Source of the DNA: a virus
Direction: 5' to 3' (one strand)
DNA length: 64,000 nucleotides
Virus record (IMG/VR): IMGVR_UViG_3300025000_000065
Span: 32,001-96,000 of that record
The notes under the pieces are model-generated. The model saw only the letters and a program-made list of their open reading frames with translations, ran no database searches and was not told where the DNA came from. This document shows positions 39,344 through 47,707 of this stretch, one piece after another. Position 1 is the first letter of the stretch; each line of letters begins with the position of its first letter. The translations under genes and the position numbers were made by a program.

Positions 39344-39724
39344 ATGAAAATTTATTTAGCAGGTGGACTAAGAAATCCTTGGAGAAAAACCGTAAAAATA
39401 AATGCAAGTTATCCAGATATTAAATATCTTGATCCAAATGAACACGAATTAAACATTCCATCACAATATACTAATCTAGATCTAAATATGATCGATCATT
39501 CTGATTTGGTATTTGGATATTTAGAAGAGGATAATCCAGGTGGATATAATACCTTATTCGAATTGGGATATGCAATAGGAAAAGGAATACCCATTATTTT
39601 TATAAATGAAAAACCCGATTGGGATAAATATGTGGGAATGATAAAAGAGAGTTCCTTATTTTATACAGACATATTCGAAGAAGGGGCAATGTTTCTCAGG
39701 AAGTATTTGAGGATAATAAGATAA
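39344..39724 (+). CDS. Nucleoside 2-deoxyribosyltransferase-like protein
   Basis: KIYLAG, WR, DL.MI..SD, ELGYA..KG.P. Confidence 0.8.
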   Translation: MKIYLAGGLRNPWRKTVKINASYPDIKYLDPNEHELNIPSQYTNLDLNMIDHSDLVFGYLEEDNPGGYNTLFELGYAIGKGIPIIFINEKPDWDKYVGMIKESSLFYTDIFEEGAMFLRKYLRIIR

Positions 39725-40111
39725 ATGAAACAAGAATTAGAAGAAAAACTAAGAAAAGAATTTAATTTCTACAATGGATTTTGGGATAATGGACTTCCAT
39801 TTGAATGTGGAGATGGATGGTTTAATATTTTATACGATTTATCTAAGGAAATACAAAAATTAATAGATAATAAAAAAATAAGCAAAGATTTCAATGTTTA
39901 TCAAGTAAAAGAAAAATTTGCTTTTTTACACTACTATACAAATTTTTCAACCGATGAATTAGATGACCTGATAACTCAAGCAGAAGAAAAATCTATGACA
40001 ACATGTGAACAATGTAGTCAACTAGGAGAAACAAGAAATATTGGACACTGGTATGTTACCTTATGCGATAATTGTTTGAATGAAAGAAATAAAGAAAGAA
40101 ATTCAATATGA
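39725..40111 (+). CDS. Conserved phage protein
   Basis: ECGDGW, QVKEKF..L.YY, CEQC..TLC. Confidence 0.65.
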   Translation: MKQELEEKLRKEFNFYNGFWDNGLPFECGDGWFNILYDLSKEIQKLIDNKKISKDFNVYQVKEKFAFLHYYTNFSTDELDDLITQAEEKSMTTCEQCSQLGETRNIGHWYVTLCDNCLNERNKERNSI

Positions 40112-40617
40112 AATATTGGCTCACTACTGATACACATTTTGGTCATTCAAAAATGATGGAATATTGTAACCGACCTGAAGATTTTTCTGAAATAATATTG
40201 AAAAATCTTCGTCACTCTGTTAAACATGATGATATCTTAATACATCTAGGAGACATTTGTATTTATAATGATGTGATATGGCATTTACAACTTCTTACTG
40301 TTCCTGGTAGACATTGGTTAATTCGAGGAAACCACGATAAAAAATCTAACTCGTGGTATTTAGAAAATGGATGGAGCATGGTATGTGATCAATTTCAAGA
40401 TAAAATATTTGGAAAAACTATTATGTTTTCTCATAAGCCTGTAATCTGGAATGGAGAATATGATATAAATATTCATGGTCACTTTCATAATGTAGATCCA
40501 AACAGACACGAGAAAGAATTAGTTGCTATTAAAAACGTGTCTCAAAAATTGTTAGCTTTAGAATATACAAATTATATGCCTGTTACTTTGGAAAAATTCA
40601 TTGTTGGAAAAGCATAA
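40108..40617 (+). CDS. Calcineurin-like metallophosphoesterase
   Basis: TDTHFGH, HLGD, RGNHD, SHKP, IHGHFH. Confidence 0.88.
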   Translation: MKYWLTTDTHFGHSKMMEYCNRPEDFSEIILKNLRHSVKHDDILIHLGDICIYNDVIWHLQLLTVPGRHWLIRGNHDKKSNSWYLENGWSMVCDQFQDKIFGKTIMFSHKPVIWNGEYDINIHGHFHNVDPNRHEKELVAIKNVSQKLLALEYTNYMPVTLEKFIVGKA

Positions 40618-40648
40618 ATTAAAACCATTTTATTTTTAAGGAGAAAAA

Positions 40649-40846
40649 ATGAAAAAAGCAATATTTACTATTTATAATGAAGTATTCGTAATGAAGTTTG
40701 AGCATAATGAAAAGTTTAGTAATAAAAAGAAAAGAAAAATAGCCAAAAAAATATTAAAAATATTCGATGCAGAAGCAGAAATAAACGAAATCTTTGGATT
40801 AGATGATTTAATTATTGAAGATAAAAGAACCTCGAAAAATATTTGA
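40649..40846 (+). CDS. Hypothetical protein
   Basis: AAGGAG RBS. Confidence 0.45.
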   Translation: MKKAIFTIYNEVFVMKFEHNEKFSNKKKRKIAKKILKIFDAEAEINEIFGLDDLIIEDKRTSKNI

Positions 40847-40871
40847 CAATAAAATGATTATCGATTAGAAT
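40843..40871 (+). promoter_or_regulatory. Sigma70 promoter with no credible downstream CDS
   Basis: TTGACA-17-TAGAAT. Confidence 0.7.
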
Positions 40872-40872
40872 A

Positions 40873-41215
40873 CTACTAACAGTACCTAGAACGCCTCTAC
40901 CTAGTAAGCGTACCGATCTTGTTTTATAAAATAGGGAATTATTTTATAAAGCACGGACACCAATTATGTCTGAGGTCATACTCAATAAGGGTTGGATTGG
41001 CAACTCTTATTGTCTTGTTAGTAGAACAAAACTGGTTGTATTTCATCTTACTGGTAAGACACTACACATTTTACAAAGGAGTTTTGTGTATTTTCACACA
41101 TTTTACATATAAAAAATGTGTAATTTAGGTCACATAACCTTTAGGTTATACAACCTATTTAATAGGTAAAATCATAAAAAAATAGACCATAGAAATTAAT
41201 CCATAGTCTATTTTT
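40873..41215 (+). ncRNA. Candidate structured non-coding RNA
   Basis: Nested helices (40873-81/41016-24; 40920-33/40940-53; 40983-94/41001-12) between promoter and terminator. Confidence 0.45.
41176..41215. terminator. Probable bidirectional terminator between converging arms
   Basis: AAAAAAATAGAC...GTCTATTTTT. Confidence 0.6.
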
Positions 41216-41238
41216 AATTTATAAATATTTATTATTTA

Positions 41239-42234
41239 TTATTCAATTCTTTTTAAATATTGCTTTCCAGCATGTTTTTCTGCAACCCATCCAATATTCT
41301 TATCAAAGATCCAATTTTCATAAGGAGCAAAAGAATTATCAAATTCTACTATGTTTCCTTTTAATAATTTTTTCCCCGTAAATGTATTTGCAGAAACTCT
41401 TGGTTGTGTCCTAATATTTAATTCATCTGAAACAACCTCAAATTTTATTGTTTTACCGTCATCAATAGGATCAGTTGGATCTACAGGAGGGGGTTCAACA
41501 GGAGGTTTTGGAACAGTTGGGACTTTAAATTGAGCACAAAGTTGTTCAAAAGATCCTTTATAGTAATTCATATCTAACCCAAGACTTTCAGCACCAAAAG
41601 CTAGTCCATCCCCTTTATCACTCCACTGCCAAAATGTAAACGTATCCCAAGGTGTAAGTCTTTTCACATTATCTTCCATATAAGATTGATTGGTATAAGA
41701 AGCAATCCATAATGGATAGTTTTTCCATACGTCCGCATCTGTACCATGCTCAGCCCAAAAAAAAGCACCAGTATATATAATTGGTTTTTTACCAGAAAGT
41801 CTTTCCATCTCTACTACATAGTTCCATAAAATATCATATGCTTTTGGAGGTGGTGGATTCCAATACTCAAAGTCAATAACGGGTGGCAATTCACCAGGAT
41901 CATTTTGAATAATCGACCATGCGTATTGCGCCTGTTTTTTTGGATCAGCAATCCAATCGAGAAAATGATAAGCTCCTCTTAATAGCCCTGCCTGTTTTGA
42001 AGATTTCCAGTTATACAAAATATCTTCATCAGTCCATAAAGCTTGAGAAGATTTAATAAATACAAATTTAGCCCCCATTGCAACTGACTTTGTAAAGTCC
42101 ATTTGTTGAGCGGTGGAATTATTGTCCTGCCATTTTGAAACATCAATGCCAAGTGTATAAGCCATAGATTCCTCCATTGTTTTCCAATCATTCATAATCA
42201 ACGGTAAAAATACTGTTGTTATTTCAGTTTCCAT
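41239..42234 (-). CDS. Endolysin: GH25 muramidase, Pro-rich linker, SH3b-like domain (alternative start 42165)
   Basis: GIDVSKWQ, FVFIK, GAYHF, DFE, IYT, LWIASY, FWQWS; PKPPVEPPPVDP; LNIRTQP..GWV. Confidence 0.9.
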   Translation of the reverse strand: METEITTVFLPLIMNDWKTMEESMAYTLGIDVSKWQDNNSTAQQMDFTKSVAMGAKFVFIKSSQALWTDEDILYNWKSSKQAGLLRGAYHFLDWIADPKKQAQYAWSIIQNDPGELPPVIDFEYWNPPPPKAYDILWNYVVEMERLSGKKPIIYTGAFFWAEHGTDADVWKNYPLWIASYTNQSYMEDNVKRLTPWDTFTFWQWSDKGDGLAFGAESLGLDMNYYKGSFEQLCAQFKVPTVPKPPVEPPPVDPTDPIDDGKTIKFEVVSDELNIRTQPRVSANTFTGKKLLKGNIVEFDNSFAPYENWIFDKNIGWVAEKHAGKQYLKRIE

Positions 42235-42255
42235 TTCATTACTCCATTTTATATA

Positions 42256-42302
42256 CCCCCACATATGGGGTATATCACATCACGATACACCATATATGGG
42301 GG
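42256..42302. promoter_or_regulatory. Two NrdR-box-like 16-bp palindromes, 31 bp apart
   Basis: CCCCCACATATGGGGT (42256), ACACCATATATGGGGG (42287). Confidence 0.65.
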
Positions 42303-42344
42303 TTAAAAACCAAATAAAATCAACATTTTATTTAAAATAAAATT

Positions 42345-43121
42345 TTATCCAAAACCATATAATGAAAGTAAAGTTCCTGCTCTAAAATTGTATCGAGTTG
42401 AATATGTTCCACCTGTTATATACGCTCTAATCCTAGTTATAGGAACAGTGTTTTTCCAAACACCATTTATAATAGAAGATTGTCCAGAAACACTTGAAAA
42501 AATAGAGGATGAAAATCCCATTGCTGTTTTGTACAATCCACCAGAAGCTGAGTAATTAGGAATAATTCCAAATACGCTGCCGCTATCAGTTGCTAGATAA
42601 TTAGGAACACTTCCTATTATAACTCCTCCATTGGTATAAACTTGCAATGTATTGAGTCCTATTAAATCTCGTAACCATTGAGAAGCAATATAGTTTCCAC
42701 TATTAGCATCTCCATTAAAATCCAATCCTACATCTGCAAAAGTTCCATTTGTTCCTGCTGCTAATCCCATAATTATTAAATGTTTGAAATCTTGAGGAAT
42801 ATCAGTGAAATCAGCCTGACCCAATCCTTCAAATTCATCTATTTTTTGTAATTTTAAATTTAAGGTATCAACAGCAGAACTTAAAGTAGAAATCGAAGAA
42901 GTTATTGTGGATATATCCGAATTAATAGCGGTTATAGAACCACTAATTTGACTTCTAGCGTCCGTTAAAGAACCACTAATATCTCCTGCAAATGTATCAA
43001 TTATAGTCATATTACTAACTGATGATCCTGCTACATCATTAGTCCAACTAATAAAACTTCCACTTTGATCAGTTGTAGCGTTATACAGAATCAATCCTAA
43101 ATTTGTACTTGTAGTTGTCAT
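42345..43121 (-). CDS. Tail fibre/receptor-binding-like protein (paralog of neighbour)
   Basis: Position after Tal; Ser/Thr-rich stalk; shared C-domain ending TRYNF..GT..LYG. Confidence 0.6.
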   Translation of the reverse strand: MTTTSTNLGLILYNATTDQSGSFISWTNDVAGSSVSNMTIIDTFAGDISGSLTDARSQISGSITAINSDISTITSSISTLSSAVDTLNLKLQKIDEFEGLGQADFTDIPQDFKHLIIMGLAAGTNGTFADVGLDFNGDANSGNYIASQWLRDLIGLNTLQVYTNGGVIIGSVPNYLATDSGSVFGIIPNYSASGGLYKTAMGFSSSIFSSVSGQSSIINGVWKNTVPITRIRAYITGGTYSTRYNFRAGTLLSLYGFG

Positions 43122-43131
43122 ATTTTATTCC

Positions 43132-43920
43132 TTATTCTACACCATAAAGAGTTATTTCAGTTCCATCGACAAAATTATATCGTGTTGTATCTGATCCGCT
43201 CGAACCAAAAATTCTTATTCTGTCTATAGGACTAGCTGATTGCCAAACACCACCCGATATATTACTCTTTCTCCAAACATCCTGTGTTACAGAGCCAAAT
43301 CCAAGTGCTGATTTTTTTAAAACTTGACTTCCAGAATAATTTGGTATAACTCCAAAAACAGAACCACCATATCCATAATTATCACTTCCAGAAACACTAC
43401 TTAAAATTAAATGACCATTAACATCATAATAAGAAAGTGTTTCAGTAGGTGCTGGTATTGTAGAGCCTGATCTTTCCCAATTTACACTTATGTAACTTGA
43501 AGATGTTGAGACTCCATTAAAATCGATTCCGATAAAAGAAAACATTCCTGGACTTTGAGATGCAGCATTTCCCATTAAGATTAAATGTTTATAATCTTGA
43601 GAAATTGAACTGAAATCGGCTTGTCCAGATCCACTAAAAATACCAAGTATTTCAAATCTGCTAACGGTATCAGTTATTTGAGATCCACTTGCTTCGACTT
43701 GAGCAGAGGCACTTGTTATAGAACCCGATATAGACAAATCAGAACCCGAATAGCCGGTAATTAAATTAGTAATATTTAATACTAATTGTCCTGAAAAAAT
43801 ATCAATTTTGGTCATATTACTATCGAATATTCCATTCATCTGTTTTCTTAGTTCATCAAACCCTATATCTCCATCGGATTTTATATTATATGTAAATAAA
43901 TTTAAATTAGTTGTAGACAT
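43132..43920 (-). CDS. Tail fibre/receptor-binding-like protein
   Basis: Paralogous to 42345; 8 SGS motifs. Confidence 0.6.
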   Translation of the reverse strand: MSTTNLNLFTYNIKSDGDIGFDELRKQMNGIFDSNMTKIDIFSGQLVLNITNLITGYSGSDLSISGSITSASAQVEASGSQITDTVSRFEILGIFSGSGQADFSSISQDYKHLILMGNAASQSPGMFSFIGIDFNGVSTSSSYISVNWERSGSTIPAPTETLSYYDVNGHLILSSVSGSDNYGYGGSVFGVIPNYSGSQVLKKSALGFGSVTQDVWRKSNISGGVWQSASPIDRIRIFGSSGSDTTRYNFVDGTEITLYGVE

Positions 43921-43921
43921 A

Positions 43922-44371
43922 TTAAACTCCACTTTCAATTATTAAGTCAAATGTTATAAAATTTATTCCTTCAGGTAAAATTCCAGATGATGGACTTCCG
44001 CTAGGCAATGTGTGATTTACAACATTTAAATCAGATAAAATTTTTAATGATAAATTAGAAAACATTAATGGATCATAGTATTTTAAAATTCCGGTTCTAA
44101 CAACATGATCCTTTCCATAAAAATATAGAGTATTATTGCTACAAGCCGATATGTCAAAAAATAACCTTTCTAAATCTTCTGGCTGATCAATTAACAACGT
44201 ACTTCCGCTAGGCAATGTATGGTTTATGGTGCTTAATGCAGCAAGGGTTTTTAATGATAAATTAGAAAACATCAATGGATCATAATATTTTAAAATTCCA
44301 GTTCTAACAACATGATCAGTTAAGGAAATATATAAATTCATACTCGCAGAAGTAGAAATTGGAGTAGCCAT
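43922..44371 (-). CDS. Small tail-associated protein with internal 39-aa duplication
   Basis: DHVVRTGILKYYDPLMFSNLSLK..NHTLPSGS occurs twice. Confidence 0.6.
   Translation of the reverse strand: MATPISTSASMNLYISLTDHVVRTGILKYYDPLMFSNLSLKTLAALSTINHTLPSGSTLLIDQPEDLERLFFDISACSNNTLYFYGKDHVVRTGILKYYDPLMFSNLSLKILSDLNVVNHTLPSGSPSSGILPEGINFITFDLIIESGV
43994..44317. repeat. 117-bp imperfect direct repeat, period 207 bp
   Basis: 43994-44110 and 44201-44317. Confidence 0.85.
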
Positions 44372-44372
44372 A

Positions 44373-44720
44373 TTATCTTATCCTTTTTGTTATAACTAAA
44401 ATTCCTTGTGCTGGAACTACTTCAACACCATCTTCAAAAACAATAGTTAATTGATGAGTATATTTTCCATCAGATAAATTTTTTGTATCAACTGAAGAAA
44501 GAATAATTTCAAAACTGTTTGTAGTAATTATATTTGCTGTTTTTGTTAATATTGCATAATCCGTACCAAATGGAGCTAAATTCCACGTACAATCAGCGGC
44601 GCTAATATCTATTGGATCGCCATCTTCATCATAAATTACAAATTCTAAAGTATATGTTGTTCCAGCAACAAAACTAATTTCAGATACATTATTTAAATTT
44701 GAAAAAGTAACATAATTCAT
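44373..44720 (-). CDS. Baseplate upper protein (BppU N-terminal-like)
   Basis: AGTT..LEF..DEDGDPIDIS..DTKNL..GKYTHQ. Confidence 0.55.
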   Translation of the reverse strand: MNYVTFSNLNNVSEISFVAGTTYTLEFVIYDEDGDPIDISAADCTWNLAPFGTDYAILTKTANIITTNSFEIILSSVDTKNLSDGKYTHQLTIVFEDGVEVVPAQGILVITKRIR

Positions 44721-44732
44721 TTTTTCACCTTT

Positions 44733-46853
44733 CTAAGTTATCAATGGAACATATTCAAACAACACGCCATCTCCAACTTGAATTTCATCAATCATAGTTG
44801 CGCCACTAGAAGAAACTTCAGTATAATGAACATCTTTAATTTGGGTAATTCCATTTACATAAATTCTACTTGAATTTGTTATATAATTTCCACTTATAGA
44901 AATATAACTTCCAGATTGACCAGTTAAATCTTCAATGACTGTTACAGAACTTCCTTCGGCTAAACCACTACCACTAATGAAAACTCCGTTTCTAAAAGAA
45001 ACAACGCCTCCTCCAGCAGTAACAATATCTCTACTAATACCAACACCACCATCTATGGTATATATTGTAGGTTCTCGTAAAACAACACCTTCTTGATTTA
45101 AAATAAAATTTGACGAACCCGTTGTAGAATTTATATTTGTTATATTCAAAGTAGGAGTTGCTGTAATTGCTCCTTTAATATTTTCAGCAACTATTCCATA
45201 AGAAGAAATTCCAGATGGAGTCACTACATTATCTATAATAATAGGTTTATTTGTGCTCCAATCATTATAAGCATCTTTTGTAAAGCTAACATCCGAAGCA
45301 ACTTTTAAAGTTTTCTGAATATAATCAGATAAAATAAAACTAGAATCATTTATTCTTTGTTTATTTGAAATAACTATTGAGAAATCAGTTGGATCTTCAT
45401 AATTAAAACTATATTCTAAAAGTGTAGCAGACAACAATAAATTTTCATCTGTTTCTATAGTTATTTGATCTCCTAAAACAAACTGACCTGTTATAGAAGA
45501 AAATTCAAAAATTGTAGGAAAGTTTATTGTATTAAGCGTAATTTGATATCTAGGAACAGCCATTTTACTAAGAACAACACTGGCAGCATTATACAATTCT
45601 AAACTTTGAGCATTAATTTCTGCATTACTCATTAAACTTGTAATGATTATGTTTTCATTTTTATACGTATTTTCATATATAAAATTTGAAAGTTTTAAAT
45701 ATTGATCTGTTGTAAAATTTGATGTATTGGTAAAAGATAATTCATCATTAATATTACTCATAATCAACGTTGTAGAAGAAATATTGTTTTGTATATTGAT
45801 AATAACGAGATTTTGATTGTTTATTAAAATTTCTTGTTGATCAATTAACGCTTCTATTTCTGTGGTATCTAATCCTTGTTCACTTCTTACGTCATAAGTT
45901 TGTTGATAAGCCGCCAATTGTGATTGAAGTTCTACTAATGTAGTTTGTTCTGTTGCTAATTCAGTTTGATAATCGGTCAATAAAACAGAATATGCAAAAT
46001 AATCAGTTTCATATAATGTAATTTTATTCTCCCATGCGGTTATTGCATCTACTAAATCTTGAGACATCCAATTAGAATTTTTATAATAAGAAAAATCATA
46101 TATCTTATTTGTTCCTAAAGGATTCACATTTCTAATAGTTAAATTTCCACCACCGTAACAGTATAATGCGGTTGTTATTTCTTCACTAATTTCATTATAA
46201 TCCTGATCTTTTATTAAATTATCAAAGGACAAATAAATATCCGTTGCCGTTATGTCTCTTTCAACATCCAATATTTTTATCGATCTATTTAAAAAATCAA
46301 AAATAAAAAAACAATTATAAGCAGTTGAAGCATCTGATGTAAGAAATTGATACAAATTTGTATCTGTAACATTAAACGTTCTGTATAAATCAATTAATGT
46401 TGAATCTATTTGAGAAACACTCCAATTTGGAGCATAAAAAAGAATCAATCCTACCAATGTATCGGTACTTGTTGGATCATCTACATCATATAATTTATAC
46501 GTTCCCGTCAATGTATTTATTCTCTTAAAAACAAGTTCAGATTCTCTGCTAAATCCTTTAATATGCTTAATGGGAGTTCCCCCATCGTCACTTTTTTCAG
46601 GATCTACAATTATAAAATATCCTATTCCATCTAACAAAACAAGTCTCTTAGATTGAAGATAATCAAAACCTGGAAGTTCAACTCCATCAATATATTTTGG
46701 AAAATCAAATTCTATTTCACTTTGAGCATTAAATCTTAGTATTGGTCTAACGTTATAAGCAGATTCCAAAGAATAAAGTTGTTCCTCATCTGGATTACAT
46801 AAAACAATTGATGGACGTTCAGACTGATTATAAACATCAAATGATACCTGCAT
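44733..46853 (-). CDS. Baseplate hub / Tal-like tail tip protein
   Basis: Follows Dit; RFNAQSEIEF, IRNVNPLGT..IYDFSYY; coiled coil. Confidence 0.7.
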   Translation of the reverse strand: MQVSFDVYNQSERPSIVLCNPDEEQLYSLESAYNVRPILRFNAQSEIEFDFPKYIDGVELPGFDYLQSKRLVLLDGIGYFIIVDPEKSDDGGTPIKHIKGFSRESELVFKRINTLTGTYKLYDVDDPTSTDTLVGLILFYAPNWSVSQIDSTLIDLYRTFNVTDTNLYQFLTSDASTAYNCFFIFDFLNRSIKILDVERDITATDIYLSFDNLIKDQDYNEISEEITTALYCYGGGNLTIRNVNPLGTNKIYDFSYYKNSNWMSQDLVDAITAWENKITLYETDYFAYSVLLTDYQTELATEQTTLVELQSQLAAYQQTYDVRSEQGLDTTEIEALIDQQEILINNQNLVIINIQNNISSTTLIMSNINDELSFTNTSNFTTDQYLKLSNFIYENTYKNENIIITSLMSNAEINAQSLELYNAASVVLSKMAVPRYQITLNTINFPTIFEFSSITGQFVLGDQITIETDENLLLSATLLEYSFNYEDPTDFSIVISNKQRINDSSFILSDYIQKTLKVASDVSFTKDAYNDWSTNKPIIIDNVVTPSGISSYGIVAENIKGAITATPTLNITNINSTTGSSNFILNQEGVVLREPTIYTIDGGVGISRDIVTAGGGVVSFRNGVFISGSGLAEGSSVTVIEDLTGQSGSYISISGNYITNSSRIYVNGITQIKDVHYTEVSSSGATMIDEIQVGDGVLFEYVPLIT

Positions 46854-46854
46854 A

Positions 46855-47646
46855 CTATCCTCCTAAACGTCTGATAAATTGATATGTAATGTTTAATTGT
46901 GTTATATCGCCTGTAAGTTCAAGATTGTTCAACCCATCTTTAAATCTCATAAAATTTTTATTAAAATTAGACAGTCTTCGATATCCTAAATTTGATTCAA
47001 TAATTCCTAAGTCAGAATTTACGGTTATTACTTCATATGGAGATAAACTTGTAAATTCAAATTCTCTATCAGAATCGCTCGCATTAACAATAGAAATATC
47101 GCCACCAGAAGCATTCATTGTAAAAGAAATGTTAGGCTTATTGTATCCCTCATAATGTGAATTATTATAAAAAACAATAGAACTCCCTGAAGGAGCACTT
47201 GTATAATTATATGTTGTTGTTCTAGGGTATGTTCTAACCCATTGAGAATCACAAATACATGTTCCAGAAAATCCCCTTATCAAATTTCCAGATTTTATAA
47301 TCTGTGGATTTGTAAAAATTGCTCTAAAATAAATTCCTTCCATATCTGGTTGAGCTATTGCTAAATCTTTATAGTTCAATGACCCAAACAACCATTTTTG
47401 AATATAACTTGCATCTAAAGCAGTTATTTCATCTGGAGAAAAAAAAGTTACAGGAAAAGATAAACTGGAACTATATTTTACACCATAAAAATATGGAACA
47501 GGTTTTCTAAAAATAAAATCTTGAATTATTTCTACAGTTCCACTTCCGTTTGAACTTATTGTTCCAACGTCACTTGATGCAATCTGAAGATTATAAGATT
47601 CACTTACTTCTCCACCATACACAAAATTTTTTGCATAAAAACCCAT
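46855..47646 (-). CDS. Distal tail protein (Dit)
   Basis: Immediately downstream of TMP; WLF, NFNKNF.RF.DG.N.L. Confidence 0.7.
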   Translation of the reverse strand: MGFYAKNFVYGGEVSESYNLQIASSDVGTISSNGSGTVEIIQDFIFRKPVPYFYGVKYSSSLSFPVTFFSPDEITALDASYIQKWLFGSLNYKDLAIAQPDMEGIYFRAIFTNPQIIKSGNLIRGFSGTCICDSQWVRTYPRTTTYNYTSAPSGSSIVFYNNSHYEGYNKPNISFTMNASGGDISIVNASDSDREFEFTSLSPYEVITVNSDLGIIESNLGYRRLSNFNKNFMRFKDGLNNLELTGDITQLNITYQFIRRLGG

Positions 47647-47707
47647 ACTAATTTTCCTCCTTTCTTAATTATTAGGGGAGATTTTCTCTCCCCTATTTTT
47701 TAAACCA

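Noticed and set aside
40919-41128. 69-aa ORF downstream of the 40843 promoter
   Set aside because: TTG start without RBS; runs through dense hairpins; non-coding interpretation preferred.
42345-44371. Diversity-generating retroelement or invertible tail-fibre shufflon
   Set aside because: No reverse transcriptase, no adenine-specific repeat pair and no inverted fibre cassettes seen.
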